Assembly (NCBI GenBank): GCA_902590125.1
Contig: CACIVL010000001.1
Coordinates: forward strand, 1-59,017
Direction of reading: 5' to 3'
DNA from: an uncultured Pelagibacteraceae bacterium
Lineage (GTDB): Bacteria > Pseudomonadota > Alphaproteobacteria > Pelagibacterales > Pelagibacteraceae
Length of the DNA stretch: 59,017 nucleotides
The notes beneath the pieces are model-generated. The model saw nothing but the letters and a program-made list of their open reading frames with translations. It was not told the DNA's origin and searched no databases. Numbering within the stretch: position 1 is the stretch's first letter; each line of letters begins with the position of its first letter. Below are positions 49,042 to 56,936 of this stretch, piece by piece. The translations under genes were made by a program, and so were the position numbers.

Positions 49042-50484
49042 ATGTACGAAAAGTTTGGTCAATTTATAGATGGTAAATGGCAACAATCAGAGAAAAAAGA
49101 AACTTACGAAGTTATAAATCCTGCAACTGAAGAAGTTATTGGTCATGCATCAAAAGCATCACCATCTGATGTTGATAAAGCACTTAAATCTGCTGAAAAA
49201 GGTTTAGAAGTTTGGAAAAAAACATCTCCATGGAAAAGATCTTCAATTATTAGAAAAATTGCTGATCTAATAAGAACAAAACAAGATGTTTTAGGAAAGT
49301 GGCTAACACTAGAAGTTGGAAAACCTTTTGCAGAAGGAAAAGCTGAAGCTGGAGCTACAGCGGATATTTTTGAATGGAATTCAGAAGAAACAAAAAGAAT
49401 TTATGGTCAGACAGTAGAAAGTAGATTTGAAGATACTAGAATTCATGTTTACTACCAGCCAATTGGCGTTGTTGCTGCAATGTCTCCTTGGAATTTTCCA
49501 CTAGTTTTAGCTGGAAGAAAAATATCAACTGGTTTAGCAGCTGGATGTTCGGTTATTATTAAACCAGATGTAATTGCACCAGGAGGAGTTATGGAGTTAG
49601 TAGATATTTGTAAAGAAGCAGGCGTTCCTCCAGGAGTGGTAAATTTATTATCTGGGGATCCACCAAGTATAGCTTCTCAATTAATTTCATCAGATATAAT
49701 TAAAAAAATTTCAATTACAGGATCAACTAGAGTTGGAAAATTAATTCTTAAACAAGCTGCTGAAAAAGTTCAAAGAGTTACAATGGAACTAAGTGGACAC
49801 GCACCATTTATTGTTTTTGATGATGCAAACCTTGAAAAAGCTACAGATATGGCAATTGCTGCAAAATTTAGAAACAATGGACAAGTTTGTATTTCTCCAA
49901 GCAAATTTTATATTCAAAATAACAAGAAAAAAGATTTTGTGAATTTGTTTGTCGAAAAAACTAAGAAATTAAAAATAGGAAATGGAATGGATCCCGACGT
50001 CAATTTGGGACCTATGACTACAAAAAAAAGACTTAATGAAATAGAGGAACTTGTTGAAAAAACTAAACAAGAAGGAGCAAAAGTGCTTTTAGGAGGTAAA
50101 AGACCCTCAGGGTTTAATAAAGGTTTTTACTATGAACCTACTATTTTTGATGATGTAACAGATGATTTTACAATTATGAAACAAGAACCATTTGGTCCTT
50201 TATGTCCAATGTTATCATTTAAATCTTTCGACGAAGTAATTGAGCGCGCAAATAATCACGAATTAGGTCTTGCAAGTTATATTTGTACTAATTCAATGGA
50301 GCAGGCCAATAAAGCTTCTGAACAAATACAAACTGGAACGGTTGCGGTTAACACTCCTTTGGTAGCACAAGCAGAAGCACCTTTTGGTGGTATCAAACAA
50401 ACTGGGTATGGAAGAGAAGGTGGATCAATGGCAATTAAAGACTATTTAAATATAAAATACACTCATCTTGGTATTAAAGGCTAG
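49042..50484 (+). CDS. NAD(P)-dependent aldehyde dehydrogenase, SSADH / alpha-ketoglutaric semialdehyde dehydrogenase-like
   Basis: PWNFP, TGSTRVG, MELSGHAP, KFRNNGQVCISP, EPFGP, PFGG. Confidence 0.88.
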   Translation: MYEKFGQFIDGKWQQSEKKETYEVINPATEEVIGHASKASPSDVDKALKSAEKGLEVWKKTSPWKRSSIIRKIADLIRTKQDVLGKWLTLEVGKPFAEGKAEAGATADIFEWNSEETKRIYGQTVESRFEDTRIHVYYQPIGVVAAMSPWNFPLVLAGRKISTGLAAGCSVIIKPDVIAPGGVMELVDICKEAGVPPGVVNLLSGDPPSIASQLISSDIIKKISITGSTRVGKLILKQAAEKVQRVTMELSGHAPFIVFDDANLEKATDMAIAAKFRNNGQVCISPSKFYIQNNKKKDFVNLFVEKTKKLKIGNGMDPDVNLGPMTTKKRLNEIEELVEKTKQEGAKVLLGGKRPSGFNKGFYYEPTIFDDVTDDFTIMKQEPFGPLCPMLSFKSFDEVIERANNHELGLASYICTNSMEQANKASEQIQTGTVAVNTPLVAQAEAPFGGIKQTGYGREGGSMAIKDYLNIKYTHLGIKG

Positions 50485-50489
50485 TTAAA

Positions 50490-51251
50490 GTGAAAAAAAA
50501 TAGACTTAAAAAAATATTTAAAGAAGGCAAAGCAATTATCAATGGATGGTTAGAAATTCCAAGTTCATATTCTGCAGAAATAATGGCCCATCAAGGCTGG
50601 GACTCTTTAACGATAGATATGCAACATGGCGCTATTGATCATTCTAATCTTTTGCAAATGTTTCAAGCGATCTCAACAACAGATGTTGTCCCTATGGCTC
50701 GATTAAGCTGGAATGAACCAGGTCATATAATGAAAGTTCTTGATTCTGGTGCTTACGGAGTAATTTGTCCAATGGTAAACAATAGACAACAAGCTCAACA
50801 GTTTGTTCAAGCATGTATATATCCTCCAAAAGGTTATAGAAGTTTTGCTCCAACAAGAGCTTTTATGTATGGAGGTAGTGATTATGTAGATCATGCTAAC
50901 GATGAAATTTTAAAATTAGCAATGATTGAGACCAAAGAAGCTTTGCAAGAATTAGATAAAATAATGAGCACACCGGGAGTTGATGGAATTTATATAGGTC
51001 CAGCAGATCTAAGTTTTGCGATTGGTAAGAAACCAAGTTTTGACAATCCAGAAGGAAGTCCTCAATATGAACAAATTGTAAATATTCTAAAATATGCAAA
51101 AAAAAATAACATTATAGCAGGAATCCATAATTCAACTTCAGAATATGCTAAAAAAATGATTGATCTTGGATTTCAAATTGTGACAGTTGGTAGCGACAAA
51201 GCATTTGTTAGTGATGCTGCCAGATTAGCTGTATCAAAACTAAAAAAATAA
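50490..51251 (+). CDS. HpcH/HpaI family class II pyruvate aldolase
   Basis: IDMQHG, LDSGAYG..PMV, YPPKGYRS, MIET, IGPADL; GTG start. Confidence 0.9.
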   Translation: MKKNRLKKIFKEGKAIINGWLEIPSSYSAEIMAHQGWDSLTIDMQHGAIDHSNLLQMFQAISTTDVVPMARLSWNEPGHIMKVLDSGAYGVICPMVNNRQQAQQFVQACIYPPKGYRSFAPTRAFMYGGSDYVDHANDEILKLAMIETKEALQELDKIMSTPGVDGIYIGPADLSFAIGKKPSFDNPEGSPQYEQIVNILKYAKKNNIIAGIHNSTSEYAKKMIDLGFQIVTVGSDKAFVSDAARLAVSKLKK

Positions 51252-51258
51252 AATTTAA

Positions 51259-52101
51259 ATGAAATTATTAAGAGTTGGAATTAAAGGAAATGAAAAACCT
51301 GCAATATTAGATAAAAATGGAAAAATAAGAGAATTAAGTTCTCAAATTAATGATTTAAATCCAGATAATTTAAATTTTGAAACACTTTTAAAATTAAAAA
51401 ATTTAGATTTAGAGAAATTACCTGAAATAAATAACTCTACAAGAATTGGACCTTGTATAAACAAACCAGGCAAATTTGTAGCTATAGGATTAAATTATTC
51501 TGATCATGCAAAAGAAACAGGCGCAAAGATACCTACAGAACCAATTGTTTTTATGAAAGCAACAAGTTCAATTAATGGACCTAATGACAATATTGTACAG
51601 GCAAAAGATTCAAAAAAACTTGATTGGGAAGTTGAGCTAGCTTTTGTTGTTGGAAAAGAAACAAAAAACATATCTGAAACAGAATCGCCAAATCATATTT
51701 TAGGATATTGCATAGTAAATGATATCAGTGAGAGAGAATGGCAAATTGAAAAAATGGGTCAATGGGTAAAAGGTAAATCAGGAGATACGTTTGGGCCAAT
51801 TGGACCATACCTTGTAACTAAGGATGAAATTTCAGATATTAATAATTTGAATTTAACATTGAAAGTAAACGATAAAAAAATGCAATCTGGCAATACCAAA
51901 AATATGATTTTTAATACAAATTTTTTACTTTCTTATTTAAGTAAATTTATGTCTTTACAACCTGGAGATATTGTTACAACAGGAACGCCAGCAGGAGTTG
52001 GCATGGGAATGAAACCTCCTGTTTTTCTTAAAGTTGGAGATAAAATGAGATTATCCATTGAAAAGCTTGGCGAACAAAACTCTAAAGTAGTTTCTGAATA
52101 A
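51259..52101 (+). CDS. Fumarylacetoacetate hydrolase family protein
   Basis: IGLNYSDH, DWEVEL, NDISER, GKS, PIGP, TGTPAGVG. Confidence 0.9.
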   Translation: MKLLRVGIKGNEKPAILDKNGKIRELSSQINDLNPDNLNFETLLKLKNLDLEKLPEINNSTRIGPCINKPGKFVAIGLNYSDHAKETGAKIPTEPIVFMKATSSINGPNDNIVQAKDSKKLDWEVELAFVVGKETKNISETESPNHILGYCIVNDISEREWQIEKMGQWVKGKSGDTFGPIGPYLVTKDEISDINNLNLTLKVNDKKMQSGNTKNMIFNTNFLLSYLSKFMSLQPGDIVTTGTPAGVGMGMKPPVFLKVGDKMRLSIEKLGEQNSKVVSE

Positions 52102-52102
52102 A

Positions 52103-52990
52103 TTGCAAATAAAAACATCATATCCTGAAGTAGTTTGGAAAGCAAAAACCTTATTAGGTGAAGGCATTTTATGGGTACCAAGTCAAAAATCAATTTTTTT
52201 TGTTGATATTAAAAAAAAAAAAATTTTAATTTTTAATCTCAAAACAAATAAAAAAAATACAATCCAATTGGAAAAAGAAATAGGATTTATTTCTCATATT
52301 AAAAAAAACATTTTTATACTTGGATTAAAATCGGAGTTGAGGATATTAAATTTGAAAACAAAAAAAACCTTGAATTCATTTAAAATCGAAAAAGACAAAC
52401 CATTTAACAGATTAAATGATGGAAAAACTGATCCAGCAGGAAGATTATGGTTTGGCTCAATGGACAATTCAGAAAGGAATATTGAAAATGGTTCATTATA
52501 TTGTTTAGATAAAAAACTACAGCTTAAAAAAATTGATGGAAAATATATTGTTACAAACGGACCTGCTTTTATTAATGAAAATAACTTTTATCATACAGAC
52601 AGCAAAAAAAAAAAAATTTATAAAATCAAAGTTAACAAAAAACTAGAATTAACCAAAAAAAAAACATTTTTAAAATTTAATAAAGAAATAGGATCTCCAG
52701 ACGGAATGACTTTAGATATTAAAAAAAATCTTTGGGTATGTCATTATGGTGGTGCTTGCATAACAGTTTTTAGTTCTAGAGGAAAAAAAATACATAAAAT
52801 AGATTTACCAGCAAAAAATATTACAAACTGTACATTTGGAGGTACTAATAATAGCGAACTTTTTGTAACTTCTGCTATAAAAGGATTAAAAAAACTTGAT
52901 ATTAAAAAATATAATTTATCAGGATCTTTATTTAGAGTTAAAACTAACTGCAAAGGTATACCTTCTAAACCGTTTATTATTTCAAAATGA
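52103..52990 (+). CDS. SMP-30/gluconolactonase family lactonase
   Basis: LGEG.W, RLNDG, NGP, PDGMT, CTFGG, LFVTSA; TTG start uncertain. Confidence 0.9.
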   Translation: MQIKTSYPEVVWKAKTLLGEGILWVPSQKSIFFVDIKKKKILIFNLKTNKKNTIQLEKEIGFISHIKKNIFILGLKSELRILNLKTKKTLNSFKIEKDKPFNRLNDGKTDPAGRLWFGSMDNSERNIENGSLYCLDKKLQLKKIDGKYIVTNGPAFINENNFYHTDSKKKKIYKIKVNKKLELTKKKTFLKFNKEIGSPDGMTLDIKKNLWVCHYGGACITVFSSRGKKIHKIDLPAKNITNCTFGGTNNSELFVTSAIKGLKKLDIKKYNLSGSLFRVKTNCKGIPSKPFIISK

Positions 52991-53694
52991 TTGAATTATT
53001 TATTGCCTTAGGAGCAGGATTAATAAGCTTTTTATCACCTTGTGTTTTACCATTGATACCTGGCTATATTTCTTTTATTTCAGGACAATCATTAAATGAC
53101 TTGCTTGAAAGTAAAAAAATAAATTTAATTCCATTGTTTTTATTTTCTTTAGGGTTTTCATTTGTATTTATAATTTTTGGAGCTACAGCGTCTGTTTTAG
53201 GAAAACTTTTGCTTCAAAATTCAAATCAGCTAAGAATTATTGCGGGATTAATTATTATAATTTTTTCTCTACAATTGCTTGGAATAATTAATATAAAATT
53301 TCTCAATTATGAAAAAAAATACTACACAAATAAATCAACAAAACCATTTTTCACATTTGTTGTTGGTATGGCTTTTGGATTTGGATGGACACCTTGTATT
53401 GGCCCTATATTGGGATCAATTCTTGCTTTAGCATCAACAGAAGAAAGTATATCAAGAGCAATTGTATTGCTTAGTTTTTATTCTTTAGGCTTAGCTATTC
53501 CTTTTATATTATCTGGTTTTTTAATTCAAAAATTTTTAGTATTTTCAAAAAATTTTAAAAAAAATATCAATAAAGTTTTAAAAATAGGTGGAACAATTTT
53601 GCTTATAACTGGTATTTTGATTATAACAAATCAATTACAAATCTTAGGTTATTATCTTTTAAATATCTTTCCATTTTTACAAAATTTAGGTTAA
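52987..53694 (+). CDS. ccdA: Cytochrome c biogenesis thiol-disulfide transporter CcdA
   Basis: SFLSPCVLPLIPGY and GWTPCIGPIL. Confidence 0.92.
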   Translation: MIELFIALGAGLISFLSPCVLPLIPGYISFISGQSLNDLLESKKINLIPLFLFSLGFSFVFIIFGATASVLGKLLLQNSNQLRIIAGLIIIIFSLQLLGIINIKFLNYEKKYYTNKSTKPFFTFVVGMAFGFGWTPCIGPILGSILALASTEESISRAIVLLSFYSLGLAIPFILSGFLIQKFLVFSKNFKKNINKVLKIGGTILLITGILIITNQLQILGYYLLNIFPFLQNLG

Positions 53695-53706
53695 TAATAT
53701 AATAAA

Positions 53707-54600
53707 ATGCAATTCCAAAGCTTACTTCACAAAAAATTATTAGATAAAGATTTTATATTCACTGCAGAAACAACTCCGCCGGATGCATCTGATATAGAAA
53801 CTTTGTTAAAAAACGTAATGCCATTAAAAAGTGTTGCTGATGCTGTTAATGTTACTGATAATCCTGGTGCAAAAGCACACATGTCTTCACTAACTGCTTC
53901 AATTATTCTAGCTCAAAATGACATAGATCCAATACTACAATTAACTGTAAGAGATAGAAATCGATTAGCTTTACAAGGTGATTTGATAGGTGCATCAGCT
54001 TTAGGTGTAAATAATATCCTTTGCTTGGGAGGGGATGATCCAAAAAATGGAGACCAACCAGAAACTAAAGTTGTAAATGATATTGATAGCATAACCTTGG
54101 TTTCCACAGCAAATATGATGCGCAAAGAAAAAAAATTTCCATCAGGCAGAACGATAGATCCAGCTCCAAGAATATTTATAGGAGGAGCAGAAGTTCCAAC
54201 TAAAGGAAAACCCAACCCTGATAAAATATTAAATAAAATTGACAAAGGAGTGGATTTTTTTCAGACGCAGTACGTTTTTGATCCAAAAGTATTAAAGGAA
54301 TATATGAAAATTTTAGGCGACAAAGGTATTTTAGAAAAAACAAATTTTATAATTGGCCTAGGTCCATTTGCATCAGCAAAAAGTGCAAAATGGATGAATG
54401 AAAATTTGTTTGGTGTTGATGTTCCAGATCAAATTATTAAGAGGTTAGAAAGTTCAGAAAATCAAAAAGAAGAAAGTAAAAAAATATGCATAGAGCTAAT
54501 TGAAACTTACCGTAATATAGAAGGAGTAAAAGGAGTTCATCTTATGGGGCACAAAAAAGAACAAGTTATAAGTGAAATTATTAAGGAATCAAAAAAATAA
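53707..54600 (+). CDS. metF: Methylenetetrahydrofolate reductase
   Basis: TAETTPP, NVTDN, RDRNRLALQ, LGGDDP, FFQTQ, GVHLM. Confidence 0.88.
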   Translation: MQFQSLLHKKLLDKDFIFTAETTPPDASDIETLLKNVMPLKSVADAVNVTDNPGAKAHMSSLTASIILAQNDIDPILQLTVRDRNRLALQGDLIGASALGVNNILCLGGDDPKNGDQPETKVVNDIDSITLVSTANMMRKEKKFPSGRTIDPAPRIFIGGAEVPTKGKPNPDKILNKIDKGVDFFQTQYVFDPKVLKEYMKILGDKGILEKTNFIIGLGPFASAKSAKWMNENLFGVDVPDQIIKRLESSENQKEESKKICIELIETYRNIEGVKGVHLMGHKKEQVISEIIKESKK

Positions 54601-54618
54601 AAAATTAACAAATATTAA

Positions 54619-55173
54619 ATGAACCAACTAAATCCTCAATTGATTAAAGATTTTTCTGAAGCAGAAAAATTGTCTAAAGAAAAAAAATATGAAGAATCTA
54701 TTAAAAAATATGAAATAATTTTAGAAAAATATCCAAATTTTCTTCCGGCAGCTAACAATATTGGTTTAGCTTACGAATATTTAGATCAATTAGATAAATC
54801 TGTTTATTATTATAAATTATGTTGTGATAAGTCCCCAAAAGAAAAATTTTTTTTAAACAATTTAGGAAATGTTTATTACAAACAAAAAGATTATTTAAAA
54901 GCAATTAAAATTTTTGAAACTTCATATAAAGTTGATAGCGGACAGGAGTTAATAAGTGAAAAGTTAGCTAACTCTTTGGTTCAAGCAAAATTAAGAAAAG
55001 AAGCTGAGAATTTTTTAAGAGATATTTTAAAAAAATTTCCAAATAATACTTTTTTAAATACTTTGATGGGTAATAATTTGTTAGCACTTAGTTTTTATAA
55101 AGAAGGTCTTGATTTTTTAAGAAAAGGTACAGGATTTATTGAATTAAACAATGATTCTATAAGTATTATATAA
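54619..55173 (+). CDS. Tetratricopeptide repeat protein
   Basis: NNIGLAY and NNLGNVY TPR helices about 34 aa apart. Confidence 0.82.
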   Translation: MNQLNPQLIKDFSEAEKLSKEKKYEESIKKYEIILEKYPNFLPAANNIGLAYEYLDQLDKSVYYYKLCCDKSPKEKFFLNNLGNVYYKQKDYLKAIKIFETSYKVDSGQELISEKLANSLVQAKLRKEAENFLRDILKKFPNNTFLNTLMGNNLLALSFYKEGLDFLRKGTGFIELNNDSISII

Positions 55174-55177
55174 TTTT

Positions 55178-55774
55178 ATGAAAAAACTTTTAACCGACAG
55201 TAATAAATCACCAAACTTTATAGGTAGTTGGGATATAGAAAATGACAAATTATGCAATGAAATTATAAAATTTTTTGAAGAAAATAAATCTTTACAAAAT
55301 AAAGGAATGATTGGAAATAAGATTGATCCAAAAAAAAAACAAACAATAGATATAACTATTAATCCTTCTCAGTTAAAAGATCCAAAATATTCGTTATTTA
55401 ATTCTTATTTTGATTTACTAAATGATTGTTTTTTAGATTATAAAAAACAATATCCTTTTTTAAATACTTTTTTGCAAAAAACTCATATAGGTCATTTCAA
55501 TGTTCAAAAATATACTCCTGGTGATCATTTTTCTTTGGTTCATTCTGAAAGAACTGGTTTAGGATTTCTTCACAGAATATTTGCATGGATGACCTATTTA
55601 AACAATGTTGATGACGGAGGCACAACAAACTTTGAATATTATGACATTAAAGTCAAACCTGAGATTGGAAAAACTCTAATTTGGCCAGCTGAGTGGACTC
55701 ATGCACACACTGGGTCAGTTTTAAAAAGTGGAACAAAATATATTATAACTGGCTGGATACATTTTGCAGCTTAG
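55178..55774 (+). CDS. 2OG-Fe(II) oxygenase (prolyl-4-hydroxylase-like)
   Basis: HSE, WMTYLNNVDDGG.T.F, IWPAEWTHAH, KYIITGW. Confidence 0.85.
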   Translation: MKKLLTDSNKSPNFIGSWDIENDKLCNEIIKFFEENKSLQNKGMIGNKIDPKKKQTIDITINPSQLKDPKYSLFNSYFDLLNDCFLDYKKQYPFLNTFLQKTHIGHFNVQKYTPGDHFSLVHSERTGLGFLHRIFAWMTYLNNVDDGGTTNFEYYDIKVKPEIGKTLIWPAEWTHAHTGSVLKSGTKYIITGWIHFAA

Positions 55775-55776
55775 AA

Positions 55777-56919
55777 TTATATTTTTGATAAAGTTGAAAT
55801 TTTAGATAAAAGCCCATCTTTATCTGCGTAGCACCCTTGCAGCCAACGACTCCCTTTTGCTCTATAAGGAGTTCTTGCATGAAGAACTCTTGTGTTATCA
55901 ACAATAAAGCAGTCTCCAGGATTTAATTTAAAATTAACAGCCATTGTTGGTTTATTAATAATATCCGAGAATTTACGATAAGCTTTGTAATAATTTAACA
56001 TTTCCTTGTAAGGTACATCGACAATTGGCGCAACAGAACGGTTGTTAAAGTGAATTGATATAAGTTCATTATCAGGAGCCAACCCTATCATTGGGAAACG
56101 AGATTTTAAATGAACATTTTTTTTTCCTTTGAATTCAAAACGTGAACAATATTTTGAAAGCAGATTAAAATATTTCTTATTTTTTTTTTTTAATTTTAAA
56201 GCTGCATTAAATCCATCTACAACTTTGGAATCTCCTCCTTTAGTTGATTTTTTAATACAATGAAGAATTTGGATTGTTGGAACCGGATCTCTATATGGGT
56301 TATCTGTATGTGCTTGTAAACCAAGATTTGTATAAGCTAAATTAACAGCATTTGTTTTTGATTTTACATCAAACCATTTTCCATAATTTGTTTCACGGAC
56401 ATAACCAAAAAGTTTTGCTATTTTTGTAACAGTTCCAGATTTTTTTTCACAACCAGTCATTTTTGCAAAGCCATAACGATGGAGAGATTTAAGCCATTTT
56501 AATAGCAATTTTTTATTTGATTTTGCATTTTTATAATTGATTACTGGAACGTTTTTCATTGTAGCATTTGACCAAACTTTCAAATTAGAATTTATCCAAA
56601 TTTCTGAATTATTTGATTTTTTGTCATAAGCATTAACCTCAAGCCATTTGAAAGAAAACTTAACTTCTTTTTTATCAGGTAAAAATTTTAAAGTTATACT
56701 TTTGTCTCTTACATCGATTGAAGCTGATTTAATACAAATATTAACAGGAATATCTGAGATTGAAATTAGACGTTGTCCATTATTCTTATCTCTTGTTTTA
56801 GAATCTAAAGCATTATCTCGTAACCAGGTGGAGTGATATCTTAGAGGCGCACCATATTTTCGATATAAAAGAATAGCTTTTCCAGAATTTATAACTTTTA
56901 GCGATGTAAATAAACTCAT
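55777..56919 (-). CDS. Gamma-butyrobetaine dioxygenase-like (TauD/TfdA fold, TmpA-like) Fe/2OG hydroxylase
   Basis: WLRDN N-domain, RETNYG, LAYT, AHTDNPYRDP (HxD), DNTRVLHAR, RWLQGCYAD. Confidence 0.85.
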   Translation of the reverse strand: MSLFTSLKVINSGKAILLYRKYGAPLRYHSTWLRDNALDSKTRDKNNGQRLISISDIPVNICIKSASIDVRDKSITLKFLPDKKEVKFSFKWLEVNAYDKKSNNSEIWINSNLKVWSNATMKNVPVINYKNAKSNKKLLLKWLKSLHRYGFAKMTGCEKKSGTVTKIAKLFGYVRETNYGKWFDVKSKTNAVNLAYTNLGLQAHTDNPYRDPVPTIQILHCIKKSTKGGDSKVVDGFNAALKLKKKNKKYFNLLSKYCSRFEFKGKKNVHLKSRFPMIGLAPDNELISIHFNNRSVAPIVDVPYKEMLNYYKAYRKFSDIINKPTMAVNFKLNPGDCFIVDNTRVLHARTPYRAKGSRWLQGCYADKDGLLSKISTLSKI

Positions 56920-56936
56920 CTTATTGGTTAGTAATT

